A stretch of DNA of 60,716 bases, filler included, from Hausera hauseri (taxonomy: Eukaryota): the NCBI GenBank assembly GCA_046269625.1. It is 11 parts of 11 records of this genome, joined end to end, with 100 filler letters (N's around TTAATTAATTAA, not from the genome) between each part and the next. Parts side by side here need not be neighbours in the genome. Positions count along the whole stretch, not along the records: positions 38,206 to 42,516 come from JBJURY010642552.1; positions 42,617 to 50,320 come from JBJURY010907978.1; positions 50,421 to 54,476 come from JBJURY010789980.1; 8 more parts are not named here. One strand, written 5' to 3'. Below are positions 40,271 to 50,797 of the stretch, in pieces. The notes below the pieces were generated by a model. The model did no database searches. It was not told where the DNA came from and was given only the letters and a program-made list of their open reading frames with translations. How positions within the stretch are numbered: position 1 is the stretch's first letter; each line of letters opens with the position of its first letter. Both the position numbers and the translations under genes were made by a program.

Positions 40271-40478
40271 TGTGCTGAAATGTTCAAAAACTTCTTTTTT
40301 TCAGTTTTCGTTCTCGAAATTGAAAATCGAACATCCTGTCAGCTATTATTTCCTCGAGGACGCTATTAAAATGTTGAATTATTAGCCCCATGATTCATCG
40401 AAAAAGAAAAAATCGAGAGATGACGATGGAGATCAAGAAAGTACTGTTAGCGATACTGATGAGCTCGATGTAGATTGC
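40271..40478 (+). pseudogene. DHX9: DEAH RNA helicase A/maleless fragment
   Basis: 'EMFKNFF..VLEIENRT/HPVSYYFLEDAIKMLNY*PHDSSKKKKSRDDDGD..DVDC' resembles recalled DHX9 'MFCEYFF..IIEVYGRTYPVQEYFLEDCIQM..PPKDKKKKDKDDDG..DANC'. Confidence 0.75.
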
Positions 40479-41065
40479 AAATTCCCCTATAACAATTCAT
40501 CCTTGACTATTGAAGAAATCGAGCGTTTATGTTCCAGTGCATCCGATAAAGAGACTCTGAGTAATTCATATAAAGGTAATGCAACAATTGTTGATGATTT
40601 AACTAGCGTAAAATTAAACTATATCTTTGGCATGCAGTTCCTTCACGGTTGCTACAAGCCAATTTTGTTAATTTTGTATGAACCTATCGGGACAATTATG
40701 CGACATGCACTCACACGAAAGGACATATGCTGTGTGTTAAAATTATCGTTGAACCTACAAAAACGTACCACTCCACTTACATGGCATTTAAAAACTCTAC
40801 CTCAATTGTTTTAAAGTTGGCTTTATATCACGACCTATTGGCGGGACCATTATTTTGTCAATAAATATTGATTTATTTAAATCAAAGCCAATTTTCTTGC
40901 GGATTTTCGCTTAATGGACATGCCAAAAATCTACAAATTTCCCATTAAGACATACGACTTTATTCAATCCACTGACATTCGATGGCTGCGTTCGACACTA
41001 TAAATAACGAACAGCTGTTGGTTTCTACGACAACTGCAAAAGCATTTATTGTAAAATTCATTCTG
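40479..41065 (+). pseudogene. CPSF1: CPSF160 beta-propeller fragment, disabled
   Basis: 'KLNYIFGMQFLHGCYKPILLILYEP..RKDICCV..LSLNLQKR..P..WHLKTLP/..RPIGG../LIYLNQS..GFSLN' matches CPSF160; frameshifts. Confidence 0.88.
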
Positions 41066-41109
41066 AAAATGGACACGAGGATGGTTATTGGTCCACGCAC
41101 GAAAAAACA

Positions 41110-41308
41110 ATATAAAACGGTTTATAAACCACGTGTAAATAGGCAACCACCGGTTGCTTTTCCAGGTTCTGAAACAGCAAAAAGTAACAAAGGTGCTATG
41201 ACGATATCAAATACTAATACTATAGTTCAACTATCCAAGTCCCTACATAAGTCCTTCAACATTCTAATTCCTAAAGGAAGTTTTGTGCATTGGTACTCTG
41301 GAAGGGGA
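41110..41308 (+). pseudogene. Divergent alpha-tubulin C-terminal-domain fragment
   Basis: 'YKPRVNRQPPVAFPGSETAKSNKGAMTISNTNTI..LHKSFNILIPKGSFVHWYSGRG' aligns without gaps to '[56 protein letters not shown]'. Confidence 0.8.
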
Positions 41309-41309
41309 T

Positions 41310-42516
41310 CTTTGAGGCAGAATTCGGTCACCCCACAATTTGGGGCCCGCCGCGACGGGGCTGAGGTCTTGGCCGTCAACCCTGCGCCGGTTGGTCAGAC
41401 GGCGCCTTTCGCGTCAGCCCGGCAACACACCCCCGGGCACACAACCTCTCCTCTATTCATTTTTCTTTTTCTCAATAATAAACACATACACACTTTACAT
41501 TGCATTTACATATTGCAACCCTTCGTACCTTCATTTCTTTCTTACTCCACTCTTTCGATTTTTATCTTACTCATAACGGTTCTATAGTACTCCTCACCGG
41601 AACCCTACCATCTTTCTTAATCCATACTTGCCTCCACATACATTTCCGTACCCATAATGGCATGAACTCATCGCCAACCATAAACACCACGGATAAAACC
41701 ATTACGAAACCAAAATCTGTCATATTTCTTCAAAAACCCATTCCTACCCTTGCTAGCGACCTCTCACCTATTACCTCCTCCGCTCCTTTTCCTCACTGCA
41801 CCGAATTCTTTAGTGACAACCAAGGCTCCAGCAAAACTTGGTTGCAATTCCATAAACTATGGCTACAGGCAAATAATATTACTGATTCTTTAACCAAGGT
41901 ACACAGTCTTCTCTTCTTACTCCCTAATAACATCAAAACGCGAATTCACAACATTATCGAAGTCTTTGAACTTCCTGACCCATATCCCAACTCTTCAACG
42001 CCGTTCTTAAGATCACAGAACTCTCCATGGACACATCATACAACGTTTCTTCCACGACAATGTTATAGGCACCCAACGACCATCAGAATTCTTACGCACC
42101 TCTTTGGCACATCTACGTACCCTCGGCGTCACTAAAGAACACAATCCAGAACTACTGCGCCACTACTTCCTCAACGCGTTACCCATCCAAATCCGGGCCC
42201 TACTTACCGTGGTGGAAGACTCCACACCTCTTGAGAAATTGGACGAATTAGCCGATAAGACACACGACGTTCCACAGGTAAATTCCCCACCAGTTGTTTC
42301 GGCAGCAGTTGCCGCTAACGATATTCAAACCAATAACACATCAATAGAACAACAGCTTAAGCAGCTACGTGCTAAAAATATGACACTACACGTAACAATC
42401 AACAATATCAATAATAAACAAGCGAACTCACCCTGTCCCGCCGGATGGATGTTGTCGCTGACCGCGTCTGTTTTGCGTCTAGAAACCGCTCATCATCGCC
42501 TGCGCGTTTGTCGATC
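41310..42516 (+). mobile_element. Gypsy (CsRn1-like) 5' leader and frameshifted gag
   Basis: GC-rich ..CA-att-TGGGG leader, pyrimidine-rich UTR, gag 'EFF..KTWLQ..WLQANNITDSLTKVH..LP', 'PSEFL.HL..ELLRHYFLNALPIQIRALL..LEKLDELADK'. Confidence 0.8.
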
Positions 42517-42616
42517 NNNNNNNNNNNNNNNNNNNNNNNNNNNNNNNNNNNNNNNNNNNNTTAATTAATTAANNNNNNNNNNNNNNNNNNNNNNNNNNNN
42601 NNNNNNNNNNNNNNNN

Positions 42617-45600
42617 CAAAATGCTTTGTACTATGGGGTGGGAATAGTGAAACCCGGCAGCGGCCACAAAATGCTTTGTACTAAGGAGTGGGAATAGCGA
42701 AAGCCAACAGCTGCAATATAATGCTTCGTATTGAATATTAATCTGCAATTTTGGGCGGTCAAATAGGAAATTTACATTGGTCCAAAGCGCTCAAATCCCC
42801 CTCGGAAAATTAATATCGCAAAATTTAAACAAAAAGGGTGAGAATAAACAAATCCAACAGCGGCCACATAATGCTTTGTACTAGGGGATGGGAATATTAA
42901 AACCCAAAAGCGACAAGATAATGCTTCGTATTGAATATTGAATTGCAATTCTGGGGCGTCCGAGGTAGGAAATTCATATTGTACCAATGTGCACACGACC
43001 CCTCGGAAAATCAATATCGCAAAATTTAAACTAAAATGGTGGGAATAATGCAACCCAACAGCGGCCACTTAATGTTTGTACCGGGGGGTGGAAATATTGA
43101 AACGCAACAGCGGCCAGCTAATGCATTGCACTACGGGGTGGCAATAGTGAAATCCAACAGCGGCGACATAATGCTTTGTACCAGGGGGTGGAAACAGAGA
43201 AATCCAACAGCGGCCACATAAAGCTTTTTACAAAGGGTTCGGAATAGAGAAATCCAACAGCGGCCACATAATGCATTGTACTAGGGGATGGGAATATTGA
43301 AACCCAACAGCGGCAAGATAATGCTTCGTATTGAATATTGATTTGCAATTCTTGGGGGTCCGAGAGAGGAAATTCATATTGGCCCAGTGTGCTCACGTCC
43401 CTCTCGAAAAATTAATATCGAAAAATTTAAATAAAAAGGGTGGGAATAATAAAACCCAACAGAGGCAACATAATATTTGTACCAGAGTGTTGGAATAGTG
43501 GAGCCCAAGAGCAACTTGATAATGATTTGTACTAGGGAGTGAGAGTGGTGAAAACCAACAGCAAGTATACAGTTCTTTGGACTACGCGTGGGAATAGTGA
43601 AACCCAACGTCGGCCAGCTAATGCTTTGCACTAGAAGGTGGTAATAGTGAAAACCAACAGCGGCCATATAATTCTTTGGACTACGTGTGGGAATAGTGAA
43701 ACCCTGCAGCAGCCAGCTAATGCATTGCATTAGGGGGTGGGAAGAGTGAAATCCAACAGCGGCCACATAATGCTTTGTACCAGGGGTTGGAAATAGAGAA
43801 ATCCAACAGCTGCTGGATAATACTTTGTCCAAAGGGGTGGGAATAGTGAAACCAAAAAGCGGCCACATAATACTTTGTACTATGGGTCGGAATAGTGAAA
43901 TTCAACAGCGGCGACATAATGCTTTGTACCAGGGGTTGGAATAGAGAAATCCAACAGCGGCCACATAAAATCTTTGTACTAGGGAGTGAGAATAGTGAAA
44001 CCCAACAGCGGCCAGATAATACATTGTACTACGTGGTGGGAACAGTGCAAGCCAACAGCGGCAAGATAATGCTTCGTATTGAATATTGATTTCCAATTCT
44101 GGGGTGTCCGAGACAGGAAATTTATATTTGCCCATTGTGCTCACATCTCCCTCGGAAAATCAATATCGCAAAATTTAAAAAAAAGGTTGGAAAAACGAAA
44201 CCCAACAGCGGCCACATAATGTTTGTGCCAGGGGTTGGATATAGAGAAATCCAACAGCGGATAGATAATACTTTGAACGAGGGGGTGGGAATAGTGAAAG
44301 ACAACAGCGGCCAAATAATGCTTTGCACCAAGGATTAAAAATAGTTAAACACAACAGCGGCCACATAATTCTTTGTAGCAGTGACTGAAAACAGTGAAAG
44401 CCAACAGCGGACACATAATGCTTTGTAATAGGGTGTGGGAATATTGAAAGTCAACAGCAGCAAGATAATGCTTCGTATTGAATACTGATTTCCAATTCTG
44501 GGGAGTCCGAGATAGGAAATTTATGTTGGCGCAGTGTGCTCACTTCCACCTCGGAAAATAATATTGCAAAATTTAAACAAAAATGGTGGGAATAATGAAA
44601 CCCAACAGAGGCAAAATAATGCTTGTACCAAGGAGTGCGAAGAGCGGAGCCCAACAGCGACCAGATAATGCTTTGTACTAGGAGCTGGGAATAGTGAAAG
44701 CAAACAGCAGCTACACATTTCTTTGTTCTATAGGGTGGGAATAGAGAAATCCAACAGCGGCCACATCATCATTGCACTAGTGGGTGGGAATAGCGAAACC
44801 CAACAGCGTCCACATATTTCTTTTTACTATGGCGATGGAGTAGAGAAATCCAACAGCGGCCACATCATGCTTTGCACTAGGGGGTGGGAATAATGAAACC
44901 CAACAGCGGTTACATAATGATTTGTATCATGGGATGGGAACAGTGAACCTCGTCAGCTGCCACATAATTCTTTGTACTAATGCGTAAGAATAGAGAAACC
45001 CAGCAACGGCCAGATAATACTTTGTACTAGGGGTGGAAATAGTGAAACCCAAGAGCGCCCATATAATTCTTTGTACTGGGCGGTGGTAATGAAGAAGTCC
45101 AACAGCGGCCACATCATGCTTTGCACTAGGGGGTGGGAATAGTGATACCCAACAGCGGCCACGCATTTCTTTATACTAGGGGGTGCAAATAAAGAAATGC
45201 AACAGCGGCTAGATAATACTTTGAACTAGGGGGTGGGAATAGTGAAACTCAAAGCGGCCACGTAATGCTTTGTTCTAGGGTTTGCAAATAGAGAAATCCA
45301 ACAGCGGCTAGATCATACTTTGTACTAGTTGGTGGGAATAGTGAAACCAAAATGCAGCCACATAATGCTTTGTACCAGAAGTTGGAAAGAGAGAAATTCA
45401 ACAGGGGTTAGATAATACTCTGTACTAGTTGGTGGGAATAGTAAAACCAAAATGCAGCCACATAATGCTTTGTACCAGAAATTGGAAAGAGAGAAATTCA
45501 ACAGGGGTTAGATAATACTTTGTACTAGGTTTGGGAATAGTGAAACCCAAAACGGCCACATAAAGCTTTGTACTAGGGTTCGGAATAGAGAAATCCAACA

Positions 45601-48600
45601 GCGGAAATAAAATTCATTGGACTACGGGTGGAAATAGTAAAATCCAAGAGCGGCCAAATAATACTTTGTACCAGAGGGTGGGAATAGAGAAATCCAACAG
45701 CGGCTAGATAATACTTTGAACGAGGGGGTGGGAATAGTGAAAGTCAACAGCGGCAACATAACTCTTTTTACCAGGGAGTAAAAATTGTAAAACGCAACGG
45801 CGGCCACATAATTCTTTGTACCAGCGAGTGAAAATAGTGAAATCCAAGAGCGGCAACATAATGCCTTTTACTAGGGCGTGGGGATAGTGAAACACAACAG
45901 CGGCCAAATATTTCTTTGTACTATGGGGAGGGAACAGAGCAATCAAACAGCGGCCACGTCATGCTTTGCACTAGGGGGTGCGAATAAAGAAATCCAACAG
46001 CGGCTAGATAATACTTTGAACTAGGTGGTGGGAATTGTGAAACCCAAATGCAGCCACATGATGCTTTGTACCAGGGGTTGGAAATAGAAAAATCCAACAG
46101 CGGCTAGATAATACTTTGGGCTAGGGGTGGGAATAGTGAAACCCAACAGCGGCAAGATAATGCTTCGTACTATGGGGTGGGAATAGTGAGGCCCAACAGC
46201 GGCAAGATAATGCTTCGTACTATGGGGTGGGAATAGTGAGGCCCAAAAGCGGCCACATAATGATTTGTACCAGGGAGTAGGAATAGGGAAACCCAACAAT
46301 GACCAGATAATACTTTGTTCTAGGGAGTGGGAATAATGAAAGCCAACAGCGGCCACATAAGTCTTTATACTACGGGTGGGAATAGTGAAAGCCAACAGTG
46401 GCCACATAAGTCTTTATACTACGGGTGGGAATAGTGAAAGCCAACAGTGGCAAGATAATGCTTCGTATTAAATGTTGATTTCCAATTCTGGGGGATCCGA
46501 GATAAAAAATTTATATTTGCCCAGTGTGCTCTCATCCCCCTCGGGAAGTCAATATCGCAAAATTTAAACAAAAAGGGTGGGAATAATGAAACCCAACAGC
46601 GGCCACATAATGTTTGTGCCAGGAGGTGGAAATAGTGAAGCCCAACATCGACCAGATAATGTTTTGTAGTAGGGGTTGGGAATAGTGAAAGCCAACAGCG
46701 GCCAAATAATGCTTTGCACTAGGGTGTGGGAATAGAGAATCCAACTGCGGCCAAATAATACTTTGTATTACAGGGTGGGAACAGTGAAACCCAACAGCGA
46801 CCACATAGTGCTTTGTACTATGGTGTGGGAATATTGAAATTCAACAGCGGCAAAATAATGCTTCGTATTGAATATTGATTTCCAATTCTGGGGGGTCGGA
46901 GATAGGAAATTTCAGTTCGCGCAGTGTGCTCACATCCTCCTCGCAAAATCAATACCGCAAAATTTAAACAAAAATAGTGGGAATAATGAAACCCAACAGA
47001 GGCCAAATAATGTTTGTACCAAAAGGTGGGCATAGTGAAACCCAACAGCGGCCACATATTTCTTTGTAGTATAGGGTGGGAGTAGAGAAATCCAACAGCG
47101 GTCACATCATACTTTGCACTACGGGGTGGGAATAATGAAACTCAACGGCGGCCACATAACGATTTTTGCCAGGGGGTGGGAATAGTGAACCACCGCAGCT
47201 GCCACATAATTCTTTGTACCAGTGTGTGAGAATAGAGAACCCAACAACGGCCAGATAATACATTGTACTATGCGGTGGGAATAGTGAAACCCAAGAGCGC
47301 CCACATAATTCTTTGTACTGGGGGGTGGGAATAGAGAAATCCAATAGCTGCCACATAATGTTTTGTACTACGGGTGGCAATAGTGAAACACAACAGCGGC
47401 CACATAATGCTTTGTCCTAAATGGTGCAAATAGAGAAATCCAACAGCGGCTAGATAATACTTTTTCTCGGGGGTGGGAATAGTGAAACCCAAAAGCGGCC
47501 ACGTAATTCTTTGTACGAGGGGTCGGAATAGTGAAATCCAACAGATGTCACATAAAGCTTTGTACTAGGGGGTGTGAATAGTGAAACCAACAGGGGCAAC
47601 ATAATGCTTTGTAACAGGGTGTGGGAAAACTGAAACCCAACAGCGGCCAGCTAATGCTTTGTACTAGGGATGGGAATAAAGAAATCCAACATCCACTAGA
47701 CACTACTTAGTACTACGGGGTGGGAATATTGAAACCCAACCGCGACAAGATAATGCTTCGTATTGAATATTGATTTGCAATTTTGGGGGGTACGAGTTAG
47801 AACATTTATATTAGTGCAGTGTGCTCACATCCCCCTCAGAAAATCAATATCGCAAAATTTGAACAAGAAGGGTGGGAACGAAGAAATCAAACAGGCCACA
47901 AAATGTTTGTACCAGGAGGTGGGAATAGTGAAGCCCAAAAGCCACCAGATAATGCTTTGTACTAGGGGTGGGAATATTGAAAGCCAACAGCAGCCAGATA
48001 ATGCTTTGTAATAGGGGGTGGGAATAGTGAAACACAACATCAACCAGATAATGCTTTGTAATAGGGGGTGGGAATAGTGGAACACAAAAGCGGCCTGATA
48101 ATAATTTGTACTAGGGGCTGGGAATAGTGAAACCCAACAACGGCCACATAATACTTTGTACTAGTTTGTGGGAATAGTGAACCTCAATAGCGGCCACATA
48201 ATTCTTTTTATTAGAGTGTGAGAATAGTAAAACCGAACAACGGTCAGATAATGCTTCGTATTGACTATTAATTTCCAATCCTGGCAGGTCCGAGATAGGA
48301 AATTTACACGGGTGCAGTGTGCTCACATCCCCCTCGAAAAATGAACATTGCAGTTTTTGAAAATTTAAACTAAAAGGGTTGGGAATAGTGAAACCCAACA
48401 GAGGCCAGATAATGCTTTGTACCAGGGGTTGGGAATCGTGAAAGTCCAAAGCGCAACATAATGCTTTGTACCAGAGTGTGTGAAAAGTGAAACCCAACAG
48501 CGGACACATAATGCTTTGTACTAAGTGTGGGAATAGTGAAACACAACAGCGGCCACATAATACTTGGCACAAGGGGGTGGAAATAGTGAAAGTCAATAGC

Positions 48601-50320
48601 GGCCACATAATGCTTTGTACATGGAGGTGCGAATATTGAAGCCCAACAGTGGTCAGATTATACTTTATTCTAATGGGTGGGAACAGTGGAAGCCAGCAGC
48701 GGCAAGATAATGCTTCGTACTGAATACTGATTTCCAATTCGGGGGATCCGGGATAGGAAACTTATATTGGCGCAGTGTGCTCACATCCTCCTCGGAAAAT
48801 CAATATCGCAAAATTTAAACAAAAAGGGTGGGAATAATGAAACCCAACAGCGGCCACATAATGTTTGTGCCAGGAGGTGGAAATAGTGAAGCCCAACATC
48901 GACCAGATAATGCTTTGTACTAGGGGGTGGGAATAGTGAAAACCAACAGCGGCCGCATAATGATTTGTACTAGGGGATTGGAATAGTGAAATCCAAAAGC
49001 GGCCAGATAATACTTTGTACTAGGGGGTGGGAATAGTTAAAGCCAACATCAGCAAGGAACCCAACCTCGACCACATAATGCTTTTTACCGGCGAGCAAAA
49101 ATAGTAAAACCCAACAGCGGCCACATAATTCTTCGTACTACGGGTGGGAAAAGAGAAACCCAACAACTGCCACATAATGCTTTGTACTATCGGGTGGGAG
49201 TAGTGAAACCCAGAAGCGGCCACATAATACTTTATACTAGGAGGTGGGAATAGTGAATCCCAACAGCCGCGACATAATGCTATGTACTAGATAGTGAGAA
49301 TAGTATAACCCAACAACCACCAAATAATACTTTGTACTAGGGTGTGGGAATAGTGACACCCAACAGCGTCCAGCGGATTCTTTGTACTAGGGGTGGGAAT
49401 AGTGAAACCCAACAGCGTCCAACGAATGCTTTGTACCATGGGTTGGGAATAGTGAAGCCCAACAGCGACTATATAATCCTTTGTACTAGGGGGTGGGAAT
49501 AGTGAAAACCAACAGTGGCCAAATAATTCTTTGTACTAAAGAGTGGGATTAGAGAAACCCAACAGCGGCCACATCATGCTTTGTATTAGGGGGTGGGAAT
49601 ATTAAAGGCCAACAGCGGCCAGATAATGCTTCCTATTGAATATTGATTTCCAATTCTAGGGGGTCCGGGATAGGAAATTTATATTGGCCCACTGGGCTCA
49701 TATCCCCCGCGAATAATCAATATCGCAAAATTTAAACAAAAGTGTGGGAATAATGAAATCCAACAACGGCCAGATATGGCTTTCTTTAAAAATTGATTAT
49801 TGAATATTGATTTCCAATCCTTGGGGGTCCCACATAGAAAATTTATATTCTCCCAGTGTGGTCACATCCCCCTCGAAAAATGAATATTGCACTCTTTGAA
49901 AATTTAAACAAAAGGGGTGGAAATAGTGAAACCCAAAAGCAGCCAGATAATGCTTTTTACTAGGGGTTGGCAACAGTGAAACTCAACAGCGGCAACATAA
50001 TCCTTTGTACCAGGGTGTGGGAATAGTGAAACCCAACAGCGGTTACATAATGCTTTGTATTAGAGGGTGGGAATAATGAAACCCAACAGCGGTCACATAA
50101 TGCTTTGTACTGGGGCTGGGAATAGTAAAACCCAACAGCGGCCAGATAATGCTTCTTACTGAATATTGATTTCCAATTCTGGGGTATCCGGGATAGGAAA
50201 TTTATCATGGCGTATTGTGCTCACATCCCCCTTGGAAAATAAATTTCGCAAAGTTTAAACAAAAAGGGTGGGAATAATGAAATCCAACAGCGGTTACATA
50301 ATGTTTGTAATAAACTGTGG
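42617..50320. repeat. Satellite: 50-bp monomer array with about 13 interspersed 150-bp variant units
   Basis: Consensus ATAATGCTTTGTACTAGGGGGTGGGAATAGTGAAACCCAACAGCGGCCAC (period 50, e.g. 42621 to 42671). Long unit starts atgcttcgtattgaatattga at about 42721, 42921, 43321, 44069, 44468, 46458, 46858, 47753, 48251, 48710, 49626 and 50149, plus a partial copy near 49795. Confidence 0.97.
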
Positions 50321-50797
50321 NNNNNNNNNNNNNNNNNNNNNNNNNNNNNNNNNNNNNNNNNNNNTTAATTAATTAANNNNNNNNNNNNNNNNNNNNNNNN
50401 NNNNNNNNNNNNNNNNNNNNAGTAAAAGCCTCTGCCTATTCATCTACCAAGCAAACGAGAATTGTTCTCCTCATTAATTAATTAGTAATTTACAGTCGCT
50501 TCAAAAGTAAATTGGTAAGGATTGAACAATTTTCGTCATTACCTAACTGCATTTTCATATAAAAATTAAATTGATATAGTAAGTTGCTTATGCAGCACAA
50601 TGATCCAATTTACGAAAATATGCAGCTGTGAAACAAAATTTTAATTATCATTTATGTTGATACTAGGTGACGTTTTTTGTCTTGCCTAACAACCATGGAA
50701 ACCCAGTTATATCTCATCATAGTTATTGCAATCGACATTTTTACTCAACAATCCGAAATTCATCATAATAAATTAGTGGTCTTATGACACAACATTA

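Noticed and set aside
42617-50320. CRISPR array or repetitive protein-coding gene
   Set aside because: The entire 50-bp unit is repeated with no unique spacers, there are no cas genes and the context is eukaryotic. The period is not a multiple of 3, so the many ORFs are by-products of the repeat.
42617-50320. Hammerhead-ribozyme (retrozyme-like) tandem array
   Set aside because: GAAA is present but I see no CTGANGA core on either strand of the consensus.
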